Source: an uncultured Opitutales bacterium (GTDB lineage Bacteria > Verrucomicrobiota > Verrucomicrobiia > Opitutales > CAZQIE01). Taken from it: a DNA stretch of 64,000 nt. This document shows, piece after piece, positions 34,720 to 44,121 of the stretch. Within the stretch, counting starts at the first letter, position 1. Every line of letters starts with the position of its first letter. Below the pieces are notes generated by a model. That model was not told the origin of the DNA. It saw nothing but the letters and a program-made list of their open reading frames with translations, and searched no databases. The stretch is taken from assembly GCA_964593675.1 (NCBI GenBank), contig CAZQIE010000006.1, positions 2,449 to 66,448 of the forward strand. The letters are read 5' to 3'. The translations under genes and the position numbers were made by a program.

Positions 34720-35595
34720 TCAGGCGACGTCCGCAAAGGCGGCTTCGGCACGTTTGAAGTAGAAGGCGCCTCCCGCAAAAATCGCGGCTGCCGACGCTAC
34801 GCTCACCGCCAAAGTTGCGGGGCCGGTCCACGGTCCACCGAGCAGGCACGCGCAGAAAGCGTCGAGGATGCCGGCCATCGGGTTGAGCGCGTAGAGGAGC
34901 CGCCAGTGCTCGGGCACGAGCGCCATCGGATACACGACGGGCGACGCAAACATGAAGAGCTGGAGCGCGAAGTTCATCGCATACCGGACATCCCGGTAGT
35001 GCAGCGCCAGCGCGGAAAACCACAGCCCGAGCCCCGTTGCCGCGAGCAGGATCAGCACCGTGAGCACCGGCAAGGCAAGCCAGCGGACCGTAGGCGCGTA
35101 GCCCGCGAAACCGAGGACAACCAGCGTGAAGGCGAGCGCCAGCGCGAAGTCGATCACCTTGCCGAGCGCGGCCGAGAGCGGCAGAAAGAGGCGCGGGAAA
35201 TAGACCTTGGCCAGCAGCCCCGCATTTCCAACCAGCGATTGGGTGGCCTCCGCAAGCGCGTTCGAGAAAAACGTCCAGGGCACCACGACCGCCATGGAGA
35301 ACAGGCTGTAAGGCGCCTCTCCCGCGGAAACCCCCGCCATGCGGCCGAAAACCACTGAAAACACGAGGACCGAAAAGAGCGGCTGGAGCAGCGCCCAGCC
35401 CACGCCGAGCACGCTCTGCGCATACCGCACCTTTACGTCACGCCACACGAGAAAGCCCAGAAGGTCGCGGAAGTGCCACAGCTCTCCCAGGCCGAGCGCA
35501 CGCCAGCCCGTGCGAGCCTCAATCACCGTTTCCGGCAGCGGCACAGGCGCCTCCGGAAGGGACGGGTCTCGGGTTGCCGTGGACGTAGGGGTCAT
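34720..35595 (-). CDS. wzm: ABC-2 type polysaccharide exporter permease (Wzm-like)
   Basis: 291 aa with six predicted TM segments. It lies directly upstream of wzt. Confidence 0.9.
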   Translation of the reverse strand: MTPTSTATRDPSLPEAPVPLPETVIEARTGWRALGLGELWHFRDLLGFLVWRDVKVRYAQSVLGVGWALLQPLFSVLVFSVVFGRMAGVSAGEAPYSLFSMAVVVPWTFFSNALAEATQSLVGNAGLLAKVYFPRLFLPLSAALGKVIDFALALAFTLVVLGFAGYAPTVRWLALPVLTVLILLAATGLGLWFSALALHYRDVRYAMNFALQLFMFASPVVYPMALVPEHWRLLYALNPMAGILDAFCACLLGGPWTGPATLAVSVASAAAIFAGGAFYFKRAEAAFADVA

Positions 35596-35727
35596 GCGAG
35601 CAGGCCGTAATTACGGATGCGTCTTGAGAATTAAGAACAGCAGGCAGCCCCGTCCACCCGGAAGTTCGGTCTCCGCCTGGGCTTGCAGAGGGTCCCCTTC
35701 CTCGGCTAGTCTCTTATAAAAGGGATT

Positions 35728-36723
35728 ATGGCGATGTGGGGGAAGTTTACGGGGGATGGATCTGGTCGGCTCGTCCGCATGGCGCGCTCGCTCGGCGTGG
35801 GCCTTTTGGCCGCCGCCCTGATCGGCGCGAGCGCTTTCGCTGAAGATGACGACGAGGACGAAGCCAAGCCTGCTGGACCGGACATGAGCGCCCGCAGCGA
35901 ACGCTTTTCCAACGAAAAAAAGAGCCGCCTGAGCGGGCGCGATTTCACTTCGCCGAAGCTCCCGGAGAAATACGGCGAACGCATGGAGTTCAAGAACTAC
36001 AACTCCACCTTTACGTCGCTCGGCTCGCAGCGCGCCCCCATTGAAAACAGTGCGCGCGAGTGGGGGCCCACGCGCGAACGCACGATTTACCCAACCAAAA
36101 ACGTCGACCGCAAAGACAATGCCGCCACCGGCAAAATGTCGTCGATGGAGAAACTCGATTACCGGAAGCCGACGACCCGCGTGGCCAAATACCACAACGC
36201 CTATTCGTCGCTGTTCGACGTCGAATCCGTGCAGTCCCGCGACGTTTCCGACGACCTTTCACTTCAGGACGTCAACCGCTACCAGTTCCGCGGCAGCCAT
36301 TCTTCTGAACCCGGCTTGCCCGTTCAAGCCGCGGGCAAGGAATCCGAAACCAGGCGCCTGATGAACCCGGAGACTGATCGCGAGGGCAGCCCTTCGGGAA
36401 GCCGTCGGCTCAATTTGCCCGAGCGCACCTTGCGAAAACGGGAAACTGCTGGCGAAGACGTTCCCGTCGCAGGCGGCCGCTCTGCCGATCCGGCTCCTGC
36501 GCTCGCGCCTGGTTCCTCGGGGACTGTTGTGGAGTCCACGCCCGTCCAGGAGCGCACGACACCCATCATGCGCGGCGCAAACGTGCGCAAGGACATCATG
36601 CCCACACTCGGACGGCCCACGATCAGCGTGTCCTCGGAATATGGAACAACGCCGCGCGCGAGCGTTCCCGCGCAATCCGAACGCTCCTCCGGCCAAGGTA
36701 ACGGCAACCGCTCCGGCGAGTAG
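35728..36723 (+). CDS. hypothetical secreted protein, largely low-complexity
   Basis: 331 aa. A signal-like MARSLGVGLLAAALIGASAFA begins at an internal Met (35779). The protein contains K/N/Y/F-rich stretches, which are unusual for a shadow frame in GC-rich DNA. Confidence 0.55.
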   Translation: MAMWGKFTGDGSGRLVRMARSLGVGLLAAALIGASAFAEDDDEDEAKPAGPDMSARSERFSNEKKSRLSGRDFTSPKLPEKYGERMEFKNYNSTFTSLGSQRAPIENSAREWGPTRERTIYPTKNVDRKDNAATGKMSSMEKLDYRKPTTRVAKYHNAYSSLFDVESVQSRDVSDDLSLQDVNRYQFRGSHSSEPGLPVQAAGKESETRRLMNPETDREGSPSGSRRLNLPERTLRKRETAGEDVPVAGGRSADPAPALAPGSSGTVVESTPVQERTTPIMRGANVRKDIMPTLGRPTISVSSEYGTTPRASVPAQSERSSGQGNGNRSGE

Positions 36724-36774
36724 GAGGCCCGCAGGTCGGCAAGAAAGCGGGCGTTTCAGCGGCCCCGGGGGGCT

Positions 36775-37881
36775 CTACAGCTTGCGTAGTGCTTCCGCAA
36801 ATACGGCGTTCTGGGCCGCGTTGCGCATCCAGTGGTCCAGCAGCACAAGCGCCGTCATGGCCTCGACAATAGGAACGGCACGCGGCACCACGCAGGGGTC
36901 ATGGCGTCCCCGGCCCATCAGTTCCGTGTCGTGCCCGTGAATGTCCACGGTCTTTTGCTTCTGCAAGATCGTCGCTGTCGGCTTGAAAGCTACCCGGAAG
37001 AACAGATCCTCCCCGGAGCTGATGCCTCCCAGCACCCCTCCCGCCCGGTTCGTGACAGCCCGCACGCGGCCTTCCCGCATTTCGAAAAGGTCATTGTGCT
37101 CCGAGCCCGTCATCAGGCTGCCTGCAAAGCCGCTCCCGATCTCAAAGCCCTTCGTTGCGGGGATCGACAGCATGGCCTTCCCCAAGTCCGCTTCCAGACG
37201 ATCAAACACCGGGTCGCCCAGGCCGACAGGCACGTTTGAGACGCGGCAGGCTATGACACCCCCGACCGAATCGCCCCGTGAGCGCACGTCATGGATGCGC
37301 GCGATCATCGCTTCCGCCACCCTCGAGTCGGGACACCGCACGGGCGTCGCCTCCACCTGCTGCAACGTCGGCATCGCGTCACAGTCTGGCATGGAAATAT
37401 CGTGGATACGTTCCACCCAGGCCCGGATCTCCAGCCCACCAGCCGCCGCGAGCACTTTTCTCGCCACCGCCCCTCCCGCAACGCGCCCAATCGTCTCGCG
37501 CGCGGAAGAGCGGCCGCCGCCCTCGGGGTTCCTGCGGCCGTATTTGGACTGATAGGTGAAATCCGCGTGCGAAGGCCGGAATTTCTCGCGCATCTCCGCA
37601 TAGGCTTCCGGTCGGGCATCCGTGTTATCCACCACGACGCCAATCGGCGTGCCCAACGTCCGGCCCTCGTAAACGCCCGACAAAATGCGGGCGCGGTCCT
37701 CTTCCTTCCGCGGCGTGGATATCGAGCTCTGGCCCGGGCGGCGCCGGTCCAGTTCAACCTGAATGTCTGCTTCCGTCAGCGGCAGGTTGGGCGGGCAACC
37801 GTCAATAACGACGCCGATTCCGCCCCCGTGGCTTTCGCCAAACGTGGTGATGGAAAAGAGGGTTCCGAAAGTGTTGCCCAT
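36775..37881 (-). CDS. aroC: chorismate synthase
   Basis: The N-terminus [31 protein letters not shown] is canonical for AroC. I trimmed the start from the track ORF (38055). Confidence 0.95.
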   Translation of the reverse strand: MGNTFGTLFSITTFGESHGGGIGVVIDGCPPNLPLTEADIQVELDRRRPGQSSISTPRKEEDRARILSGVYEGRTLGTPIGVVVDNTDARPEAYAEMREKFRPSHADFTYQSKYGRRNPEGGGRSSARETIGRVAGGAVARKVLAAAGGLEIRAWVERIHDISMPDCDAMPTLQQVEATPVRCPDSRVAEAMIARIHDVRSRGDSVGGVIACRVSNVPVGLGDPVFDRLEADLGKAMLSIPATKGFEIGSGFAGSLMTGSEHNDLFEMREGRVRAVTNRAGGVLGGISSGEDLFFRVAFKPTATILQKQKTVDIHGHDTELMGRGRHDPCVVPRAVPIVEAMTALVLLDHWMRNAAQNAVFAEALRKL

Positions 37882-38190
37882 AAAAAAGTGCCGGTGCGTT
37901 GGCGGGCGTGGCCCGCGTGTCCGGTCATGTTTTTTGCCTTTCGCACGGTACGCAAGCCAAACAGGCGCTCCCAGGGGCGTGCGGGGCGAGTGGGGGCCTG
38001 TCAGCAACGCCGCGCCTTTCAGGGCGCCGCCCGCCATGCCCGAACACGGGCGCACGGCGCTGGCGACGCGCCTTCAACACGCTTCCCACTGGAAATCTTC
38101 GGAGTCTTACCGCGCCTCCCGGAAACCCCGATGCCCGCGTGCAGGCTTGCGCGCCCGGAACATTCTGCGGAAAGTCTCCCGCACTCACCC

Positions 38191-38877
38191 ATGAAAGCCG
38201 CCGACCTCTTCACGCTCCCTCAAAGCCTGAGCCCGTTCGCCAAGCACTTCTCTCCGGATGCCCCGCCGTGGGCGTGGGTGGCGCAGATCAAGGCTGCGCT
38301 CGCATCGCTGGACTGGTCGCAGTACCCCGCGCCTGTGAACGTGCCGCCGGGCGTGCAGTTGGAAGGGCAGGTCTACATCCACCCGTCCGTGAAGCTGCCC
38401 GCCTATGCCACCATCCAAGGCCCGTGCTGGATCGGCGCGCATACGGAGATTCGCCCCGGCGCTTTCATCCGCGGGCAGGTGATCGCCGGCGAGCACTGCG
38501 TGCTTGGCAACGCGTGTGAGTTCAAGAACTCCCTGCTCATGGACCACGTGCAGACGCCGCACTACAACTACGTTGGCGACTCCGTCCTGGGCAACGGTGC
38601 GCACCTCGGCGCCGGCGTGATCTGTGCGAACCTCCGCCTCGACCAGAAGCCCGTCCCCGTGCAGACCCGCGAAGGGCGGCAGGAATCGGGCATGCGTAAA
38701 CTCGGTGCCATGCTTGGAGAGAAAGCTGAAGCCGGCTGCAACGCCGTCCTTCAGCCCGGCACGATCCTAGAGCCCCGGGCCGTGGTCATGTCCGGCGTCG
38801 CCTTCAGTGGCCTGTTGCAGGCCGCAACGATCGCCGCTTATGCCGCTCCCATCCGGCGCATCCGTCGTCCGGATTAG
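38191..38877 (+). CDS. left-handed beta-helix (hexapeptide-repeat) transferase-like protein
   Basis: 228 aa starting MKAADLFTLPQ. Hexapeptide repeats are visible (IGAHTEIRPGAFIRGQVIAGEHCVLGNACEFKNS..VGDSVLGNGAHLGAGVI). The rest of track ORF 37291..38877 is antisense to aroC. Confidence 0.7.
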   Translation: MKAADLFTLPQSLSPFAKHFSPDAPPWAWVAQIKAALASLDWSQYPAPVNVPPGVQLEGQVYIHPSVKLPAYATIQGPCWIGAHTEIRPGAFIRGQVIAGEHCVLGNACEFKNSLLMDHVQTPHYNYVGDSVLGNGAHLGAGVICANLRLDQKPVPVQTREGRQESGMRKLGAMLGEKAEAGCNAVLQPGTILEPRAVVMSGVAFSGLLQAATIAAYAAPIRRIRRPD

Positions 38878-38971
38878 GCACCATTTCGCCCGCGCCTCGA
38901 AGGTTCGGCACTGCTCGAAAAGACGGCTTGTTACCGGGTGCGTGTGCCTGTAGAACTGGGGCTGCCCTGGA

Positions 38972-40186
38972 ATGACCCTCACCATGCAGCCGCCCGAAAA
39001 AAACGGCTTGGCCGAAGTTCCCGGCCTCTATGGCCCCGTGACCGTGGCCGAGCGCGTACTCCAGCGCATCTGGCTCCGCGGCGATTTCCGGAGGGAAAAC
39101 CTCCGCACCTTGTCTGACCAGCCGCTTGCAGTGCTCAGTCCAGGCCGGTGGAACCTCCTCGATGGCCCCGACTTTTTTGGAGCCGAACTGGACATTGGCG
39201 GTCGGCGCGTCGTGGGTGACGTCGAAGTCCACTTCCGCCGTGCAGACTGGCATGCGCATGGGCATGAGCACGACCCCCGCTACGGCGGTGTCGTCCTTCA
39301 CCTCGTGCTTTTCCCACCCAAAGTGGGGGAGGCCGTGGCGAGGACGTTCGACGGGCGGCAGCCGGAGTTACTCGTGCTGTTGCCGCACCTGAACCGCGAC
39401 CTTGAGGAATACGCCGCCGAAGAAGCCCTGCTCGCGCTCGAAGGAAAGGACTGCGTTGGCCTGCTCGAAGGCTTCCTCCAAAAGCCCCTCGAACTCCGTC
39501 GTGCGACCCTACGCCAGAAAGCCGCCACACGCTGGCGGCAGAAACGCACGTACGCCCATAGCAGGCTCCAGGCTGCGGGCTCGTGGGCAGCCGCGTGTCA
39601 TCAGGCCTGCCTCGAAGGGCTTGGTCTTTCCCGCAACCGTGCCCCCATGGCCAATCTGGCGCTCGCCTGGCCAATCGAACGCCTGCGCACGGAGATGCCC
39701 GCAGTCGAACGGCTTTTCTGCGAGCAGGAAGGCCGCTGGCGCCTCTGCGGGCTACGCCCCGCAAACCAGCCGCGCCAACGCATCGCCCAGTACCTCAGGC
39801 TCGTGAATGCCAATCCCGAATGGCCCACCGCGCTGCTGGAGTGGGGCAGGGGACTCCCCACAGGTCCCCAGCAGCCTGATGGCGGCGCGTACCGCAAGAC
39901 CATAGGACTTCCCGCGCTGCGCGACACCCTTGCCTCCAGCATCCTCGGTGACGCGATCGGCGGCACACGGCTCGATACGTTAACCACGGACTTCTTCCTG
40001 CCCCTGCTCGCCGAGGCTTTGGACAAGGACTTGTCTGGCCTCTGGCACCACTGGTTTGAAGGTGACGCTCCCGGTGCCTACCGCTCTTTCCTCAAACACG
40101 CCCAGATGCTCGGGCCTCGCCACCCTGCCTGTAATGGCCTGACCCAGGCTGCCCTCCAGGTATTCCTTGAACAAGGGCAGGCATGA
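38972..40186 (+). CDS. DUF2851-family protein
   Basis: 404 aa. I recognise the N-terminal pattern LSPGRWNLLDGPDFFGAELDIGGRRVVGDVEVHFRRADWHAHGHEHDPRYGGVVLHLV as the DUF2851 signature. Confidence 0.65.
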   Translation: MTLTMQPPEKNGLAEVPGLYGPVTVAERVLQRIWLRGDFRRENLRTLSDQPLAVLSPGRWNLLDGPDFFGAELDIGGRRVVGDVEVHFRRADWHAHGHEHDPRYGGVVLHLVLFPPKVGEAVARTFDGRQPELLVLLPHLNRDLEEYAAEEALLALEGKDCVGLLEGFLQKPLELRRATLRQKAATRWRQKRTYAHSRLQAAGSWAAACHQACLEGLGLSRNRAPMANLALAWPIERLRTEMPAVERLFCEQEGRWRLCGLRPANQPRQRIAQYLRLVNANPEWPTALLEWGRGLPTGPQQPDGGAYRKTIGLPALRDTLASSILGDAIGGTRLDTLTTDFFLPLLAEALDKDLSGLWHHWFEGDAPGAYRSFLKHAQMLGPRHPACNGLTQAALQVFLEQGQA

Positions 40187-40291
40187 CAGGCCTCACCGAC
40201 CGCCAAAGTTTCCCGATCGTTTGACAACGCAAAGACCCCGATTCATGTACGCACCAAGCGGGCACGACGTCCGCCATTTCCCAAGGAAACC

Positions 40292-40648
40292 ATGAAAAAG
40301 CTCACCCTCCTTGCCCTCATGTGCGCGGCGCTCCTCGGTGTCGCCTGCAAGAAGAAGACCGAAGTCGACACGAAGCCTCTGCAACAGAGCTTCCAGTCCG
40401 CTCCGGCGCCTCAGCAGAGCGCGGCTGACAAAGTTGTGTCGGCCGTAAAGGCCGGCGACTACGCCGGGGCCACCGCGCAGCTCCAGCAGCTTGCGATGCA
40501 GGCGAACCTTACGCCCGACCAGCAGAAGGCCATCTCGGATACGCTCAAGCAGGTCGGCGATGCCCTCAAAGCCAAAGGCGAAGCCGCGGCCAAGGACGTT
40601 CAGCAGAGCGTGGACCAGCTCCAGAAGAGCCTCCCGGGCAGCAAGTAG
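40292..40648 (+). CDS. small lipoprotein
   Basis: 118 aa with the lipobox LLGVAC and a helical A/Q/K-rich body. Confidence 0.7.
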   Translation: MKKLTLLALMCAALLGVACKKKTEVDTKPLQQSFQSAPAPQQSAADKVVSAVKAGDYAGATAQLQQLAMQANLTPDQQKAISDTLKQVGDALKAKGEAAAKDVQQSVDQLQKSLPGSK

Positions 40649-40934
40649 AAGTCAGACCCGCTGGCGCTATTAGGACAGTGGCCCGAGCACCGTAAAAGTC
40701 GGGACACGCCCCAAAGGGCACGCCAGGTTGAGGCCCCTATTCCCCGCCCCTCAGGAGGGAGCCGGAAAAACCGGCTCCCTCGCGGGCGCAAAGGCGGGGG
40801 AAACGCGTGCGTTTTTCCTTCTGGGAGGAACGCCCCAAATGCCCCGCTTCCAGTCCGTGATGCCGTGGGAATTCGTTCCCGGGTCACGGATTTTCCATTT
40901 TACATCTGTGGCGAATCTGGAACAGTTTTTCCCC

Positions 40935-41564
40935 ATGTTTTCGCTACAGAAGCTTTTCGCAAAAAAAGACGTTTTCTACGATCTGCTCGACCAGAGCGCC
41001 GAGGAAGCGCATGCGAGCGTTCACCTGCTTCTTGAGATGCTCAAGCAGGCTAACGTCGCGGGGGCCATCGAGCAACTGAACGAGCACCGCCGGCGCGACA
41101 AGAAGATCAAGCAGCAGATCACCGAGGAGCTTTGCCGCACTTTCATCACGCCCATCGAGCGTGAAGACATCGAGTCCATCGCCGCCGCCCTCTGCAAGAT
41201 CCCGAAGGCGATGATCAAGTTCGCTGAGCACTACACCGCGACACCAAACCCCGTTTCCAGCGAATACTTCCTCAAGCAGGCCGCCCTGCTCGACTCCGCC
41301 ACCGAGACCGTTGTGGAAATGGTGCGGGAACTCCGCTCCCGCACGCACCCGGAGCGCGTCCGCTCGCTCAACGAGAAGCTCCACATGCTTGAGGGCGAGG
41401 CTGACAAGCTCATGTTTGCGCTCACCCGCGACCTGTACAGCGGCAAGCACGACGTAATTGAGGTCCTGGTTCTCAAAGACCTCAACGCCCTCCTCGAGAA
41501 GGCCATCGACCGCTGCCGCGATGCCGGCAACGTCATCCTTCAGGTCGTGCTCAAATACAGCTAG
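40935..41564 (+). CDS. DUF47/PhoU-like phosphate-transport accessory protein
   Basis: 209 aa starting MFSLQKLFAKKDVFYDLLDQSAEEAH. It is a helical-bundle protein immediately upstream of pit. I trimmed the start from the track ORF (40728). Confidence 0.85.
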   Translation: MFSLQKLFAKKDVFYDLLDQSAEEAHASVHLLLEMLKQANVAGAIEQLNEHRRRDKKIKQQITEELCRTFITPIEREDIESIAAALCKIPKAMIKFAEHYTATPNPVSSEYFLKQAALLDSATETVVEMVRELRSRTHPERVRSLNEKLHMLEGEADKLMFALTRDLYSGKHDVIEVLVLKDLNALLEKAIDRCRDAGNVILQVVLKYS

Positions 41565-41632
41565 CCGCGCCGCGCGGGCCACAGCCGCCCGCCAGCTCCC
41601 TTTCCTCTCCAGCGGTCGAACGTTCGCCCCCC

Positions 41633-42688
41633 ATGCTCTTCATCCTGCTCGTCATCCTGACGGCTCTCGTATTCGAGTTCATCAACGGGTTTCACGATAC
41701 CGCGAACTCGATCGCGACAGTCGTCTCGACAAAGGTGCTGTCGCCCCGGAAGGCCGTCGTGATGGCTGCCGTCTTCAACCTGCTCGGAGCGTTGGCGGGC
41801 ACCGCGGTTGCCTCAACGATCGGAAAGGGCCTGGTCGACACCTCGTTCGTCACGACCACCGTCATCCTGAACGGCCTGCTCGCGGGCATAGTCTGGAATC
41901 TCATCACCTGGTGGCTCGGCCTGCCCTCCAGCTCCAGTCATGCGCTCACCGGTGGCCTCTGCGGTGCCACGGTCGGCGCAGCGGGTAACTGGTCGGTCAT
42001 CATCTGGGAACGCTTCAACCCGGCCAAGAACATGCCCGAGGGCCTTCTCCCGAAGGTCGTCTACCCCATGTTCATCTCCCCGGTCTGCGGCCTCATCGCC
42101 GGGTTCATCGTGATGGGCATCCTCCTTTACATCCTGCGGAAGACCCGCCCGGTCGTCGTCAACCAGTGGTTCGGCCGCCTGCAACTCGGCAGCGCTTCGT
42201 GGATGGCCTTCAGCCACGGCATGAACGACGCGCAGAAGACGATGGGCATCATCACGCTCGCCCTTTTCACCGCCACGGTTTCGGGCTCCTTTGAAGGCAT
42301 GCCCGCCTGGTTGGACTTCCTTCGCGTGCCCGAGTTCAAGGGCGTGCCGCTCTGGGTGAAGATCGCCTGCGCCATCACCATGGGCGCGGGAACAGCCGCC
42401 GGCGGCTGGCGCATTATCCGCACACTCGGTCACCGCATGGTTAAGCTGCAGCCCGTCCACGGCTTTGCGGCGGAAACAGCCGCTGCGGCGATCATTCAGG
42501 TCGCCAGCCACTGGGGCATCCCGCTCTCCACCACCCACGTCATCTCCAGCTCCATCATGGGCGTCGGCGCGACCAAGCGCCTCAACGCCGTACGCTGGGG
42601 CGTGGTGGAGCGCATGTTATGGACCTGGGTGCTCACGATCCCCGCCACCGCCCTGCTCGGCTACCTCCTGCAGCGGATCTTCGGCTAG
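41633..42688 (+). CDS. pitA: inorganic phosphate transporter, PiT (PHO4) family
   Basis: 351 aa with the repeated GFHDTANSIATVVS and SHGMNDAQKTMG signatures. Confidence 0.92.
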   Translation: MLFILLVILTALVFEFINGFHDTANSIATVVSTKVLSPRKAVVMAAVFNLLGALAGTAVASTIGKGLVDTSFVTTTVILNGLLAGIVWNLITWWLGLPSSSSHALTGGLCGATVGAAGNWSVIIWERFNPAKNMPEGLLPKVVYPMFISPVCGLIAGFIVMGILLYILRKTRPVVVNQWFGRLQLGSASWMAFSHGMNDAQKTMGIITLALFTATVSGSFEGMPAWLDFLRVPEFKGVPLWVKIACAITMGAGTAAGGWRIIRTLGHRMVKLQPVHGFAAETAAAAIIQVASHWGIPLSTTHVISSSIMGVGATKRLNAVRWGVVERMLWTWVLTIPATALLGYLLQRIFG

Positions 42689-42843
42689 AGCACATTCAGT
42701 TCAAGTTTTCGCATCTGTTGGATACCCCTCCTTCCTCGACGCCGACCTAGCGCACTTCTACTTTAAGCTGTCGCACCGCCTTAAATCACTTTTCCGCCCT
42801 CGCCTCCGCCCTCCTGTGGCTGTAACCCATATGTCGATTGGCC
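42688..42843. repeat. composite copies (G/H) of the dispersed repeat filling a convergent spacer
   Basis: GAGCACATTCAGTTCAAGTT...CCCCTCCTTCCTCGACGCCGAC matches the 5' half of copy A. It is followed by CTAGCGCACTTCTACTTTAAGCTGTCGCACCGCC, which matches the reverse complement of the copy A/B 3' arm. Confidence 0.6.
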
Positions 42844-44019
42844 CTAGCGCGTCACGGTTTCCGCAGGCACCGCGTTTTCCGCAAGTGCCTTCACGGTACG
42901 CAGGATTTCCAGCGGATGGCCCTGGGGAAGCGCTTTCCGCATGGCTTCACGCTGGGCCTCCAGCGCGCCGGGACTTTCCATCCAGGCTTTCACAAGGCGC
43001 GGGAGTTGACCGGGACGCTTCATGACCGCACCCAGCCCATGTGCCCGGGAAAACTTCACGGTAATCCACTCTTGCGGCATAATCCCGCCCAGCCCGTTGA
43101 AAATGATGGGCGTGGTGCTCAGGATAGCCTCGCTCGTCGTGCCTGTCCCCGGTCGCGCGACGATCGCGGAAGCTGCGGCCATGACCTCGTTCATTCGGGT
43201 CGTGTAACCGAGCGGCCTCGCGGGCAATTTCGGGTGCGCCTTTGCCCAGGCGTCAACCGCTGCGTAGGCTGCGGCGTCTTTACCGCACAGGCAGACCACC
43301 TGCGGCATCACGCCGGCATCGTGGAGCTTCTGCAGCAGCGGGAGGTGGTTGTTGGCACCATTGGCCCCCGTGGCAAGAACAAGCGTGAACCTGTCAGGCT
43401 CCAGCCGCAGCTCCTCCACAAGAAAGCGCCGTCGCGCCTCGGGCGACACGGGCTCGTAGAAGTTCGGGTTCAGCAAAAAGCCGCCCACCCGCGCGCGCCC
43501 GGCGGGCACGCCAAACCGCCGCGCCGTTTCCGCGCATTCCTCTACCGCCCCGATGAACAGATCGCACGCCGGGTTCACCCAGTGATGGCTGAACCCATAA
43601 CCGCCGAACAGCTCCCCGCAATACGTCGCACACCTCACCGGCGCCGGTGCCAGCGCCTCCCGGGCAGCCTCGAAAAAACCGTGGTTCAGGTGATCATGCG
43701 TGCTCAAGATCACGTCCGGCTTGAGCTCGCGGACGCGTTCCATGAAGGCGGCCCTGCCCAGAATGCCCTTTGAACCGCAGAACGGCACCCACTCCAGCAC
43801 GTTGAAATACACATGATGGAGCGCCGGCCATACGCGCTGGATCCAGTTATAGATCCCCACGCCAAAGTCGTAAACCGGGTGGGTGTTCTCGAGCGCCTGG
43901 TGCAGCGTGACCTCCAACCCGAGCTCGCGCGCGGACGGGTGTTCGGCCCAAGCCTTGAACGAGCGGGCACGCATATCATGGCCGCCGCCGGTACTGGAGG
44001 TGAGGACGAGGACGCGCAT
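42844..44019 (-). CDS. MGDG-synthase-like (GT28) diacylglycerol glycosyltransferase
   Basis: 391 aa starting MRVLVLTSSTGGGHDMRA. The C-terminal region (RPGTGTTSEAI) looks like GT28. I trimmed the start from the track ORF (44094). Confidence 0.8.
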   Translation of the reverse strand: MRVLVLTSSTGGGHDMRARSFKAWAEHPSARELGLEVTLHQALENTHPVYDFGVGIYNWIQRVWPALHHVYFNVLEWVPFCGSKGILGRAAFMERVRELKPDVILSTHDHLNHGFFEAAREALAPAPVRCATYCGELFGGYGFSHHWVNPACDLFIGAVEECAETARRFGVPAGRARVGGFLLNPNFYEPVSPEARRRFLVEELRLEPDRFTLVLATGANGANNHLPLLQKLHDAGVMPQVVCLCGKDAAAYAAVDAWAKAHPKLPARPLGYTTRMNEVMAAASAIVARPGTGTTSEAILSTTPIIFNGLGGIMPQEWITVKFSRAHGLGAVMKRPGQLPRLVKAWMESPGALEAQREAMRKALPQGHPLEILRTVKALAENAVPAETVTR

Positions 44020-44121
44020 CGTGCCGGCGATATTTGCATGCGCCCGCAACCCCGCGCAAGAACCGATCACACGCACCCGCCCGGCACACCCCATTTCGGG
44101 TCCCTCCCTATGCTCCGGCGC

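Noticed and set aside
40753-40781. Strong hairpin GGAGGGAGCCGG-AAAAA-CCGGCTCCCTC about 100 nt downstream of the small lipoprotein gene.
   Set aside because: It may act as a terminator or attenuator upstream of the DUF47-pit operon. However, no T tract follows and I cannot assign a function from the sequence alone.
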